Below, in pieces: positions 12,676 to 27,600 of a DNA stretch of 64,000 nucleotides (within the stretch, counting starts at the first letter, position 1; each line of letters opens with the position of its first letter). The stretch is from Haliotis rubra (lineage: Eukaryota), in NCBI RefSeq assembly GCF_003918875.1, contig NW_025767025.1, positions 868,001 through 932,000 of the forward strand. Direction: 5' to 3'. Under the pieces are notes generated by a model. The model searched no databases. It worked only from the letters and a program-made list of their open reading frames with translations, and had not been told where the DNA came from. Position numbers and translations under genes: made by a program.

Positions 12676-13755
12676 CATCTTCCCAGGAACTTACACTCGA
12701 ATCATTCGCAGTTCACTTGTTTTTATTGGTTGGTTGGTGTGTTTAACACCGTACACAGCTATATTCCAGCTGTAAGGCGGTAGTCTGTAAATAATCGTGT
12801 CTGAACCAGACAATCCAGTGATCAACAGCATGATCATCGTTCTCCGCAACTACTCGTGTTTTCAACAATTGCAACGTCATGGCATTAGAACATATTAGCC
12901 AATGATGACTGTGTTAATGTGGCTAGCTGGTGCACACCCCCTCTTCCCGGAAAACATTTTCCCTGAGAAGCATATCCCCCTAAGCTTTAGACTTCATGAT
13001 TTTTGTGCACCCCCTTCTCCAAAATCCTGGATCCGCCCCTGCTAATGGTTTAGATGTTTCAGTCACTGGTTCCCCTCCTCCAGACTTGATTATCTGAATG
13101 CCACCACGATGAAGTCCATTTTCAGATGATCTGTGCACTTCCTCATATAATTAAGTGAATGAGTGAGTATGGTTTTAGCAATATTCCAGCGGGGGGACAC
13201 CAGAACTGGTAAATAATTAAGAAAAACATACTTAGCCTCAACTTCACCAGGCAGTTAAGATCTCAGAGTGTCAAATAGGCTAAATAATCGTGTGTGTTAG
13301 CCGAGGAAAGTGTTTGATATGCAGAAACACATGAAGTAGGCATCACAAATTGTTTTGATTTCTCTGCAACACTAATGAAAACACAATTGTTTGTTACTAA
13401 TCATCATAAGATAATTTAGTATCTTTTGTTTTGATACACAATTTAATGGCATCTGGAGATATGCATAAATAAATAATGTGTATTTTAAATAAGTGCCCTT
13501 AACTTCAGTGTTAGCCAGTTGTGGTCCCAGGTGGATTGTGTTCCAAGAAGTCACTGTTTCTAGTAATAAAAGTCAAAAGAACTAAAACCTGTGTGGTCAT
13601 TAAAGTCGACTGGATTTTGCAGGCTCAATCACTTGACTGAGGGTGTGTGGAAATACAACACAACTTGAATTATTGCTCTAACATTTCACAGGAATATTGC
13701 GGAGTGCCACCTCACACGCTCTCACTTCAAGTTGAACCATTCTCAAGGCAAAAGT

Positions 13756-15061
13756 AACAAGAAGACAAAGTCATCAATATCCCCCGCAATAGCAAAATAC
13801 GCTTCATGATTATATCTACGAGTTATGATTATGTCAAATATTTAGGTGTGTATATAGAAAGGTGGAAGGAGAGTATTGAAAGGTTTTTAAAGTTCTGCTC
13901 CAGAAAGCAGCACTATCACCAATTTCAGGCTAAGTCAAACTTGTTGCCAAGGAAATGCCAAAAATATTTTATTCAGAATTCCAAAACTACCAAAAGGCAC
14001 AAATACACCAACAAATCTATCTATGTGCCAAGTTTGGTGAAAAAACATTGAACGGTTTTAGAGTTCTGCTCCGGAAAAGAGCACAACCACCAATTTCAGT
14101 CTAAGTCAAACTTGTTGCCATGGAAACGCCAAAAATATTTTATTCAGAATTCCAAAACTACCAAAAGGCACCAGTACACAACCAGATCTATCTATGTGCC
14201 AAGTTTGGTGAAGAAATAGTGAACGGTTTTAGAGTTCTGCTCCGGAAAAGAGTCCTACCACCAATTTCAGTCTAAGTCAAACTTGTTGCCATGGAAACGC
14301 CAAAAATATTTTATTCAGAATTCCAAAACTACCAAAAGGCACCAGTTCACCACCAGATCTATGTTTGTGCCAAGTTTGGTGAAGAAACATTGAACGGTTT
14401 TAGAGTACTGTTTGGTGAAGGAAAAGAGTCCTACCACCAATTTCAGGCTAAGTCAAACTTGTTGCCATGGAAACGCCAAAAATATTTTATTCAGAATTCG
14501 AAAAACTACCACCAAAGGCACCAGTACACCACCAGATCTATGTTTGTGCCAAGTTTGGTGAAGAAACATTGAACGGTTTTAGAGTACTGCTCGGAAAAGA
14601 GTCCTACCACCAATTTCAGGCTAAGTCAAACTTGTTGCCATGGAAACGATCTATGTTTGTGCTGAAGTTTGGTGAAAAAATATTTTATTCAGAATTCCAA
14701 AACTACCTCAAAAAAAAGGCACCAGTTCACCACCAGATCTATGTTTGTGCCAAGTTTGGTGAAGAAACATAGAAGGGTTTTAGAGTACTGCTCCGGAAAA
14801 GAGTCCTACCACCAATTTCAGGCTAAGTCAAACTTGTTGCCATGGAAACGCCAAAAATATTTTATTCAGAATTCCAAAACTACCAAAAGGCACCAGTTCA
14901 CCACCAGATCTATCTATGTGCCAAGTTTGGTGAAGAAACATTGAACGGTTCTAGAGTTCTGCTCCAGAAAAGACAATGTGCATGGACGGACTGACGGACG
15001 GACGGACGGACAGAGTCCATTTTAATACCCCCCCCGCAAAACGCTTTGAGGGGGATAACAA
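13756..15061 (+). mobile_element. Helentron-associated HINE/pearl-like element carrying a ~171-bp tandem array
   Basis: AACAAG start, short hairpin, ATATCCCCCGC; ~6 units of ~171 bp (13880-14970); (GACG)n microsatellite; 3' palindrome CCCCCGC...GAGGGGG. Confidence 0.7.
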
Positions 15062-15659
15062 TGACATGTTGTTGTCCATTTGCTATTTCTTTGAAGCATT
15101 TACTTACGTCTGCATGTTTTTAGTGTTGTATATTACAAATCAGGTTATTTTTACAAGGTCTGTGCATTTTGGTAAATCATTAAGAAAAACAATTCCATTT
15201 ATAAGATTGTTTCCATTCACCAAGTAAATGCTTATGACACTGCATAATTACGGATCTTCGGAGCCATGCACACTTTAATTTCAATTTCAATCTTCCTGTT
15301 GATTAAACAAACCAAGCTGTTAATGATGTACGAGGTCTTGAGTTATTACCACATCATCCTTCCGGGTACCCATGGGCAGCTGGGTGTGCAGAGGCATAGT
15401 TGGAACAAAGTCTTATGCCTAAGTAGACCACATTTTACATTTGCTTCAGTGTGGGTCAAGGCCCAAAGCCAAAGAAACTCTTGGGAGTGAAGTTCCCAGA
15501 AAGGTGTAATTCTGATGCTGACAACAAAACAAAAGTATAAAAGTTTCATATTTTATGCCATGGTAAGTACATTGTGATGAATGGTGTAGACATGATTGAA
15601 TCTGAAACATATGTACACTGTACAAGATTTACAAAATATACAATTAGGTTTTTCCACTG

Positions 15660-18600
15660 TTAATCCTGTTCATTGTATCGAGCGAAGAAGGTTTTCTTGA
15701 CAGCATCTTTGTAGGAGTCTCCAACTTCTGACACAACATTGGAACCACTGAGTCCTAGACCTGTGTTCTGAACCCGCCGCTTAGCCTGAAGAAAGAAAGC
15801 TGTCATGTATGATCAAATATCGCATTTGTGCACACTTGACATGCACTCCTCACCCGTCTTTGGGTTATCAATCTCAATACAAGAACATTCTCCTCAAACA
15901 GAACTATTTCTGTGGAATTTCCAGGATCATCAACAGAATTCCCACTTCATGGAGAACAAATAACGCCAAAGTTTCCCTTACTTTATTCATTTGATGTACT
16001 GTCTTTAATATCAACAGCTGGTTATTATGATGAATCTGACTTTAGGAGCAACACAGTAAACAACATCATCCATATAACAGGAACTGATTTCAGACTTGAT
16101 AATATGAACTTGACAAAATATTGAAGGTAATCTTTCTGACAAAGGTCAAAGATGTTCAAGACAACAGAGCAGACAAGGGAAAGGATAAAACACTTCCATC
16201 CCACCAGTTACACACACAGTCTGACCTGAATGGGGTCGACAATGCCCTGGGATTTCTTGCCAAGCCCCATGCCCTCTGACCATCCCATCTTCTGCATGAG
16301 TTTATTGCCGATGTTTTCACCGCCAAGCCCTGCCTTGGTTGGCTCTTCATAACTGTAACAACCAACACCACCTTTGACTGCAGGACTGGCAGAGATTCCA
16401 TCACCAACAAACATTTCACCCATACCTTACTCTCCGACACTGTCACCCATCAACATGAGAGGACTCTGATGCTCCATTGTATAGCGACCACGTATTGTCA
16501 AGTTTTCGATACATTATAAATCTCGTCTCCTGGACAATGCTGGTGTGATGAACTTACACTGCAGGTGGCTGATAACGGTTTCTAGGTTCTGGTGGTTGAG
16601 GAGCACCATATTTCTGACGTCTCTCCTTTGCTCTGTCTCGATACTGAAACAGGTCATGAGTTATATAGCAGAGGGGCACATCTGTTCATAGTAAGTATTT
16701 GCCACAACAGTAGCTCAGACACATGCAAACAGAATATAATGTGACATTGTACTGTATTTCCCCTGTATTGGTATTTATTTTCTCACTAGAAAATAAGCAA
16801 TAGAGTATCAAGAATATAAAACAAGTTCCGTTACTTTCGATTTAAGATGATATATCCATGCAGTGGTTCTAACAGCAAACTTGATGAGTTTGAAAATAAA
16901 GAATGCAAACACCTCCAAATAATATTGGCACAAACTCATACATGCAAAAGTACTGGAGATAACTCAATACAACTACATGACCTCTTTATGAAGTATGCAT
17001 GAAGACGCATATTACATAAACACAGCTGTTATAAGCAGTGATGGTTGGGGGGCAAAGGAAACAATAATTCATATATTCCTGCAAACGTTTGATTTTTTGC
17101 CACTTTCAGCAATAATCAGCTATAGCATGACAGCCTGTAGATAATTAAGTCCAGACCAGAAAATCCAGTGAACGAAAATGTCCCAAGAAATGTAATTCTA
17201 TATAAAGTACTTAACATTTAATAAGTCGAATACATATCAAATAGCTCATGACAATCGAACATCCTTATTCTTGTGAATGACATCACCTCCAACAGTCTGC
17301 TTACCTCTTTCTTTTCTTCACTTCCTCCTTTGCTTCTTTGCAGAGATTCTAGATTTTGCTGCAAAAAGTAGGTATCTAGTATATATTTTAGTTCTTTGAC
17401 ATTTGTACTATATCATAATAGGCTTAACTCTTCAACTACATAATTTTGACTTCATGATCATGACGATGTGATCTGATCCTGACAAACCCGTGAATTGAAT
17501 ATGTTCTCTTACCACTCATTTGTTTAAAACTACGAGCAACTCAACACAACTTCACTGTCCAAAGAATGTGAACCTAATAAAATACCATATACTTATTTTA
17601 TTCTGAATTTTCAACTGAATATGTATTCTACACAAACATGCATGTACATATATAACCAAATTATGATCCTAAACACATCTGATATTCTTTCATTCATGAC
17701 AATGAAGATGATTCCTAAAATATGTTCCTGATGCTCCCAGTTCCCACCTTATGTAAGTCTGAGAACTGCATGTGTTTTGTCAGGATCTCCTTTGACTGGA
17801 ACTGTCTCTTGCACAACAGGCAGGCTAGCTTGCCCCAGTCCACCAACTTGGTCTCGTCTAGACGACCGGAAGACATTGCCGCACCCTGACTGTCATCATC
17901 CTCCTCCTCACTGTCTCCACCATAGGATGCCACCAACCCGGGCTTGCTCCCTGGGGGGAGGTATAGGCACCTTCACACCACCACCCAGCTGAGGAAGGAA
18001 AAAGAATCACGGTACAGAGGAAGGCTCAGTCTTGGAGACACTGGTATCATTTGAATAAATGTTTCACTGAAATACTCATCTTCGGTCGTGATGAATTTCA
18101 AACATGAGTGATTGTGAACTTCCATGAGACAAACCCTGAATAATTGCTGGGCTCTCCTTCAGACAAATAGTTGTAAGGAGTTGAAACTAACAGGTAAATT
18201 TGCTGCCAGCAACATCAGTTTCTGTCCAGTGAACTATGACTTCAAATTAAGCCATATGACACAGATCAAAGTTTAAAGATAAAGACTATTGAGAGCACAT
18301 GTTGCTTGAAAAAGACAAACATTCTACAGAAGATTGAGCAGATGACTTACCAAAGGTGGTGGTGGCATTAACTTCTTGTCCTCACCCTTCTGCAAAGAGG
18401 AAGGAATATTAGCAAAATGAAAATGACAATGGCTACATGCACTGAAATGTTTTGATAGCTGAAACATTTTCTCTTGACTTCAGAATAATTTCTCCATACA
18501 CGCTACACATGTATATACATACACGTCAAAACGCCAAGGTAAGTGCTAAAGTTCAGATGATACACCTGTATCACTAAATACTGTTTGTTTCATGCCGCTC

Positions 18601-21600
18601 TCAGCAATATTGCAGCTAATGCGGCAGTTTGTAAATAACTGAGCCTGTACCAGACAGTCCAGCAATCACCAGCAGGAGCATCAATCTATGCAATTGGGAT
18701 ACGATTGCCATCTGATCACTTAGTTGCTTCTCACGACAACCATGGGTTGCTGAAGATACTGAACATAGTATTTTAAGCATACAGGATCTTTCAGAACGTA
18801 CAGCTTTCTCCAGGATGGCAAATCCTGCATCTGCTGTGGCAGACTCTCGCTCTTCCTTCCTGAAGCCTCCGATGCCACCAGTGTTAATGGTGATCTTCCT
18901 TGTACCCTCCTTCATCATCTCTTTCTGAGCATTCAGAGACTTGGCCCATTTCTCCATGTCCTGGACAGACAAACAAAAAAACTTCAAATCGATACCGACT
19001 CATAAATTTACTTGCCGCACGCTGATGGCCATTCTTTCAAATTAATGGGGTTTTGTTGCAATGGTAATAGAATTTGGGGTTCCCTTAAATCTGAGACTTT
19101 CAACATTAGGACAAAATGACCAGGACATCAATGCCTAATTCAAAACAGTATGTTCCTAATGTTGACACATTTATGACTCCCACTTACAACATAATAGTGA
19201 TCTCTCAACTGTCATATGAGAAATCATGTCAACGAGAAAAAAAGTTATTAAGACAACTGTAGATGAAAAAAAAAGAAAGAATTGGTTACATAGTATTAAT
19301 TGTCACTGACCTGAATCACGACAAAAAGGGAAACGCTTGCATACCTTAGCTATTTTTTTGGCTATTTTGACCTTTTCCTTCTTGTCCTTTTTATCTTTCT
19401 TGTCTTCACCACTATCACCATTGGGGTCGTTTTGTGTGGGTGCAGGGAGATATGTGGACTTCTCAGCATCCCAGTACATGAACTGCTGGGTCTGAGGGTT
19501 GTAGAAGTACTGAAATGGAGAGATGTCGTAAAGTGTGTGTCACCAACCATTAACAACAAGGAAAAACATTTAGGGAATTGAATCGTGCAGATTGTGCCAA
19601 ACACTGGAGTCTTTCTGCCCAAATTTTGTAAACAAGAGTGAGTGAGTAAACAAGCTTAGTTAGTCTGGACCAGACAATCCAATGATCAATAGCATGAGCA
19701 TCAATCTGTGCAATTGGGATACGATGACATGCGTCAACCAAGTCGGCGAGTCTGACCACCAATCCCATTAGTTACGAAAAGAAATGAACATTTCCATTTG
19801 GGTCACAAACTGGTAGCCTGTAACAACCAAAAACCAAACCCAGACCCAATTTATCCAAGCACTAAACTGAGTAAGGTTTTATGCAATATTCATACAATGT
19901 CACAGCAGAGGACACAAGTAATTGGCTTCAAACATTTTAACTGCTGGGAAATTGAACCAGAGTCTTTGGTATGACAAACAGACTCTTTAACCTTCAACCT
20001 CGCAACTCACTTTTCATGCTGACTGTAATCAGACAGAATTGGGGGACAGAGACACCATACCGCCTTGCTTCAGGATATAGGTCATCACTGTCTGGTTGTC
20101 CATCTCTAGACACACCACCTGGCTTAGAACCTGCCCCACAAAGCTTTCAAACACCAACCTCAATTTCAGCACATTGATGTGCAGGCTGACCTTGTTCTCT
20201 GACCAAAGTCCAGAGACTAATAGGTAGCCCAGAACACCGCCCCAGCCCATGAGGGATGCATCAATTTGGATCGAGAGCATTGGCATCGGGATCTCCAGGG
20301 GGAGCCCCTGGATAAGTTCTCAATGTCTGTCACCACAGGTGAGGGATTAACCACTCTGGCCTTTTGACAAACTTGTCATAGCTCTAAGAGTGGGACCACA
20401 GCTGTGCCACCGCCTGCTGCATAGGTCTCATCATTGTACACGCACACCAAACTACATCCACCGTCGCAATGTCCATGCTGAAAAAATTGGGGATTTGAGG
20501 AACAGCAGAGTAGTCCTGTGGACTTTGACAAGGCGATCCCAAGAGGAGACAATGCCCCGCTGTGTCTCAAATCTCGCTCCAAAGAAAACCAGATCCTGTG
20601 CCCGAGGGAGTTCTTATTTCTTGAGATTGATGATCCAGCCCAGCTTTGTGACAATGTCCATCTCTAAATGTGTGGTATCTCAACTCAAGTGTCGGGTTGT
20701 CAAGGTACAGTTGGCATCACGGGCCCTGCAATCTGGCGACTTGCGATGGGATCAACATCAACTTGGTGAACACCCTTGGCACCGTAGAGATGCCAAAGGG
20801 AAGCACACAAAACTGATAGCACTGCCCATTGAAGGAGGACCAAAGGAACTTCTTGAAGTCAGGGTGTATTGGAACATGAAGGTATGCTTCTTTGAGGTCG
20901 ATTGACGTCAGCCAAACCCATGCCTTTACAGATGAGATCACTGGGATTCGAACCCACACCTGATTAGGCGATTAGTGCGATTGGGTTCGAATCCCGGAAG
21001 GGACCCAAAAAGTACTAGAATTTGTACTTTACTAAGAAAGTGAAATCCCAAATATAACATACGCTACATTTGACCACTTTCTAAGCATTGTGTAATCATT
21101 CTGAAAAAGGATATAAATTTAGGGATAATTGACTCATATCATGACGTGTTTGGCACAAACTGAAACATGTTTCAAAACCTCCAAATAACATGATAAACAC
21201 ATGTTAAAACAAGTGTTTGCCACTGATATGGCAATGTGCCCCGCCGCTAAAGAATGGAATAGCTATATTTACTACTTTATATTTTTGGGTCACATACAAG
21301 ATGCCTGAAATGACTGGTGTCTGCATAATCTACCAATGTAGGCTGTCAACACACTTGAAAACAATGGGTGCAATGTTTTATGAGATATCGCGTTTAAATA
21401 AGTCTTAAAAGCGGTCAAAGTGTTGTGGTGACCTTGAAGATAAGGTCAAGGTCACCCAAATAAACTGGTGTCTACATAATCCCCCAATGTAGGCTGTCAC
21501 CAAATTCGAGGACATTGGGTACAACAGTTCATGAGATATCGCGTTAACAAGAATCGGGACGTACGTACGGACGCCGCTGAATACATAGTCCCCCGTTCCG

Positions 21601-24600
21601 CGTTGCGGCGGGGGACAACAACACTATGAAACATTGAAAGTCATATCAAATTTGGGTTCAAATCCATGAAAGACAGAACCTGCATTATTTAACAACTCTA
21701 TTAAATATTAATAGTCATATCAAATTTGGGTTCAATTCCCTCAAAAACAGAGAGAGAACCTTTCCATATCCTGCATTAGGATCCAGCACTTAGGAATATT
21801 ATTTGTTTATGACATCGGATAAATACCTGTGAACTGGCATCATAGTAGAGGCCTGTTGATGGATCGTAATAGTATCCTGAACTCTTATCAAACTGGTACG
21901 TGGACACATCTGGAGCCGCTGTAATGGGATATTCAGGGAATATATGGAACTTGTGCAACATTCTTCAGAAATGTCAATCCGTGCCATCCACAGTTCTAAT
22001 TCTGACTACCATTGCAAACCAATTTTTTTCTCATTTGTGAAAGTGCAAATGAATCCTGTCTACAAAGAAATGTGCCAGCTGATATGCAGTTATAAACTAT
22101 GCTCCTAAGGAGTTCATATAGTCCAAAATCACAAATTTGATTATACCACCACTGAACTACCCTTAAGTCAATATATGATCAAGGGATTGTTTAGGGTACA
22201 CAAGAGATGGTTATGCAAGGAATTATTTCTTACGATATGCTAGGACTTCCTTGTTTCTAGCAGGTGGGGTGGCTGGCTGTTCAACTACTGGCTCAGCTTT
22301 CTTAGGACCTGGGGTCTGGAAGAAATTCGAACAAGAATAATTATCTTACCTCACACATAAATGTCGCTTTCTGATTGGCTGAGCGCTCTTCTATTATTTT
22401 AGATGTACCCCGCTTACAAGCGAGGTACATTTCAATGTACCCGCTGTCAATGGCAACTCATTCTGTACTTGTGGTAGTAAATCTTTATCTCGAATAACAT
22501 TGGATCACGTATGATGTACGGAATTTACCGATGTTTTGCGAATGCAAATCGATGGAAGGGAGATAACTCTAAATATGTTTTTCTTGTCAGCAAAATCTAG
22601 CGATGGCTACAAAAAGATTCGTACCCGTGTTTCAAACAATTCAAAATTAACATTAAGGTTCACTGGTCCCTCGGGGCGCATGGGTTGATGTACCCACTAT
22701 GTTTGTTTATGTTAAGGCTCAGGGACTGACTGACTGACAGACCGCCGCCATATAGCTGGAATATTGCTGAGTGAGGCGTGAAACAACAAAGCCAACCAAA
22801 TCCAATACAAACAAAGTGTTGAACAGTGTACAAAACAAAATAAGGCCTAAGCTTGTCCATAAAGGTGATGTGTTGGTAGCAGGCCATATATGGCTATACC
22901 AAGACCCTCACTTTACGTCTATGAAAAATTAAGTCCTTGTGAGATGGGGGCGGATTGGAAAGGTGGTATAGCAATTCTATTTACATCAATTAAGGAAAAT
23001 TTATATTTATATTTTATTAATAGACTCATAACATGAAAAATGCAGCCCATCAGGCTGCTATTCCCATGTTAGACAAATACCTGTTTGTTGTAGTTCTTGG
23101 CAGCATTGGCTTGAGCAATAGCAGCCTGGGCAACTGCTGCTGCAGCATTTGTAGAGTCCGCTGGAGAAGTACGAACAAAATATAAGCAATCATTTGCATC
23201 GCAAGACACAAAGCAATATTACTCAGAAACTGTACTGCGAGAAAAAAACCTGATCACATAAAAGTATGGAAAAGGTCAACTTGTGCCATCTTCTCACTAA
23301 TCTGAAATGATAGCATACAAGACACTTGCAAAGATTTGTGTATCAGTGAATAATGGGGTTGTTACCATTATCTCAAGCCTCTAAGTTCCATTTCACAAAC
23401 AGTGATAATGTGATAGAAGTGAGTCATTGAGTTACTTTAGTTTTACACCGTTTTTAGCAATATTACAGCAATATCAAGGTGGGGGACACCAGAAATGGGC
23501 TTCACACATGGGGAATCGAACTTGGGTCTTCGGCGTGACGAGCAAACACTTTAACCACTAGGCTACCCCACTACCCAATGGGATAGTAATCCAGATATTG
23601 CTGATTAAGAAATATAGTTTGCTTTACCCAAATGTATAGTGTAATAAAGTACAGTTTTGCCCTGAACTAGGATGAATCCACACTCAGAAAGTCACACAAG
23701 AGAGCTAAGAACCATTCGGTGTCTTATCAATAGCAATCATACAATGCTGCTGAAACATTTCTGAACATGATTCTCAAAATCCAGTACTTACTCTGCAGTG
23801 ACTGTGAGCCAGACTGTCCAAACTGACTGTAATACTGGGAGTATTCATAGCTCTGAGTATCATAGTACTGTCCTGTTGCCTGATCGTAGTAGGTCTGATC
23901 AAGTTCCCCTGACGACGGGACTGTAGTTGTGGGGGGTGTGGTTGTTGTGACTCCGGCCTGGTACAGCTGGTTGTAGTACTCGCTACCTGGTTGTCCAGCT
24001 CCCGCTACTTGTTGACTGTTGAAGTCCCATGCCTACAACATACAGGAAAGTTGGATGTTTAATGGACAGCACATTATTGAGATGGTAGTGCTCCAAATAA
24101 TAAACCTGATTATCTAACGGAAAAGCATTATAAAACACATTTCAGAAGATCAAAAGCAACAGAAACTTCAGTTTGCAATTCAGTTCCTACTTACTGGATT
24201 TTGAGGGGTACTGTTTAAGGTTGCCATTCTGAAAGAAAAAGCACTAATATTAACTCAACATCAACAACACACACAAACAAGTAGCAAGGAAGATTCCATA
24301 CTTGCCCTTCACAAAATATTCAGAGATCATGTCGCAGACACTCATAAAAAAACTGAGCTGATTTTCTGCTAAATACGTAAATATATTTATCCAGCCTCAT
24401 GTAAGAATGTCGAGTTTTGATTGGTACACGTGACTGATAAAATACCATGTACACCCGTCACGATCCGCGACGAGGAGGGGGTACAAAAGTCATATTAACC
24501 CGCCTCGGTGACCACGCGAAGTGAGAAAAGCGTGCATCGACAAGCCTTTAGTAACGTGCGCTGCATTGAGGTCAATCGATCAGCTGTTGTCAACATGGCA

Positions 24601-27600
24601 TCTCACATAAATAAAAACAAGTCGATTCCATGCGTATTTTTTCTTTTGATTTCGTAAAATCATTCGGCTAGATAAATGCTTATAATATTATTCAGTGCAA
24701 AATCACTTACAAACAAGCAGTTGTCACTAAGGTGACATAATCCCCCGCAGCATATTATCAAATCAAACTTAAAGAGTAATGAAAGTGCAGGTCATAGTTT
24801 AAGATGAAGTTAAATGTCAACAAAAACATGACCAGTCAACCTCTCTCGATATTTGCACTGCTCTGTCACTGTTTTTCAAACACACAAATATTTTCAAGAC
24901 TCACTTTGACCTTGACATGAATGTCATGGTGTATGAAATATGCAAAAAATAGTAATAGAGAAATTGCTTATCAAAAAACACTCAAGAGAAGTCTTGAAAA
25001 TCTTCGAAGAAAATCCAGTGAACCCTTCTTGAGATATCTTGCTGACAACCTTCACATACTGAAATCTTCAAAGTGTCGCTGTGACCTTGAAAATTACGTG
25101 AATGTCACCAAACTCGACTATATGACTTTCCCTATATGAAGCTTGGTGTCAAATATGAAGAAAATCCAGAGACGGTTCTTGGGGCATCTCGCTGACAAGG
25201 GTAAAATGTTAAAGTCCCCTGGTGACCTTGAAATGAAGGTCAAGGTCACCAAACCTGACTGGGACCTTTCTTATACTGTGATGAACCTAGGTACCAAGTA
25301 TGAAAAGAATCCAGTCAATGGTTCTTAAGATATTCCAATTCATACGCATACCGACGGACGGACGGAGCCTAATATTATATCCCCCGCTTGAGTGCTTGAG
25401 TGGCAAGTTTAAAATGTTTGTTGGAGATATGTCTAATACAGTCTGAGCGTGAGATGAGTTTGGTAAAACAGTATCTGATCAGTCTTTCAGTTATTTCTCT
25501 GCATCAGCTTGGTGTGGGAAGAAAGTAATTCATGTGGGAAAACAGGTAAATGTTTACAGCTTTGAGCATGGATATTGTACCAAACAATCAGGAACGTAAC
25601 TCTTCATACCACACTTGTATTTCTATCACAATATACTCACACAGTGGAGAAAGTGTTCTTTGCATACGATGTGAGAACTTGTTTGCCATCTACTTCCAAA
25701 GGAACATTGTTTTGAGTCAAGAAATCTATAACTTGTGTGGATTCCTGAATGGAATTCATCTCACAGAACCCGTAGCCCCTGGATGTGTTTGTGACTGGGT
25801 CTCGAATGATGCGCACATTCTTAGACTGGAGATTTGTTTGTAATCGTAATGCTACGTCAAGGGACTCTTCTGTTGTAAGTGCATCAAGACCTCGAAATAT
25901 GAGAGCTGTGGAAAAACATGGACATGATTATATAGAGTCATGTGAACGCTTACATTGGAGCATAGGGCAAATATTACGTAATATCTTTACAATCTTATTC
26001 TTGGTTCACTTCAAACAGTAAAATATCCCACAAACACATTTTCAGATTAGCATCTGTACACTACATCAGCTCAATAAAATCATTCAGTAAAGCATTATCA
26101 AATTCACTCATCCTTACATTTACAATACATGTAGACATACAAATGAATGTCTTGTCTACATTGGGACCAAGTTTGTCCATATTTGTCAGATACTAGCCTG
26201 AGTTATGCCCCTTGCTATCTCTCACATGCCATGGTATAAACACTTTAGACAAAACATACACATTATTTCTGCAACTTCTTTTCTGTGTGAAACTGAATTG
26301 TTGCTGCCAATATTTTAATTACCCTTAATTGTTGAAAGCACAATCCCAGCCTTGGACCCAAAATAGCATACTCATAAATTGAATGTAAAATGTAACTTGT
26401 AGTAAATGTTGTTATAACTTACTATTGCATGGATTAGTTCCTACTTGGTCAAAGCCATCTCCGTCTTTTGTCTTGTCAGATTCTGAAACAAGACAGATAA
26501 ACAGATATAGTCTTCACATTCCAGTGAATTTATTTCAGGGATCTGTAGGCATTCCCTGACATTGACTTCTTTATTGTTATCTTTAGAGATTAGTTATATG
26601 TTGACGTCCCATAATGCCTTGAAATACTGATAACGTAATTCAGTAAAATCTTACCATCTCTGGAAATATTGCACTTGAAACAGTAATCTCTTCTCTTGAA
26701 GTTATGAACACCACACTGGAAAGTTAAAGTCAATTAAAGTGTAACATCACAGACTCCAAGGTCACAATGCTCATCTGTGTACATGGCATATCACTATCAG
26801 AGACTGCCAATCAATACAGGACCATCACCCGTGTATGTCATTCTACTCTTTACCTTTACACTATTTACCAAGACATCATACACATTAGAGCAGCAAGTGA
26901 CTCTATTCCAAATTCAGAGTCTAGCCTTTCAGTGGAGTTAAAATCGACAATGAGAGTGAATTTTATGGTGCTGAAATATGAAGGACATACTGGGGGCCAC
27001 ATTATCTTTGGCTCAGGAATCAACAGGCTTAAACCATTATGAAGACAATATGCTATTGCTCTTGCAGTTTATCATGAGACAAACATTTGCTGGTCATTCT
27101 GAGCTGGGGAGTGAGTTGTATTTCGAAAGCTGCTTTGAGCATTAATCCAGTTATAGCACAGCATGCCAACTTAATGCAAAAACCAAATTGATTCAGGTCC
27201 AAGATGATTACAACTTTGGCCATGAGCATTGGTATGACAAACCTAGAAGTAACATGGGGGAACTGGGATTCAAACCCACAATTTTAGTGGAATTATAAGT
27301 AAACAATAACATGATTTATGAGGAGAAATTGCTCACATTGATGGACTCCATATTTTCATGAGTTTTCCATTACATAAACACAGCTGTGTCCTCTCACCTT
27401 GCTGCAGGTCCAGTCTGTTTTATGCTGCACAAACTTCTCTGGGCCAACTCGTGACGTACTGTAGTGCATGCTCACGTGATACTGATTCAGCATGTTCAGC
27501 GCCCCCTGGCAAGGAAGAAACAAATGTTATAGTCCATGTAGTGGAACATAATACACCCAGCCCATGAAAGGAAGCCATGAGATTGTCTGCCTGTCATCCT

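Noticed and set aside
13806-14944. Several repeated ORFs and a CRISPR-like periodicity
   Set aside because: Whole-unit tandem repeats with no unique spacers and no cas genes; eukaryotic context.
20390-20905. 171-aa plus-strand ORF
   Set aside because: Antisense to the DIRS RT fossil.
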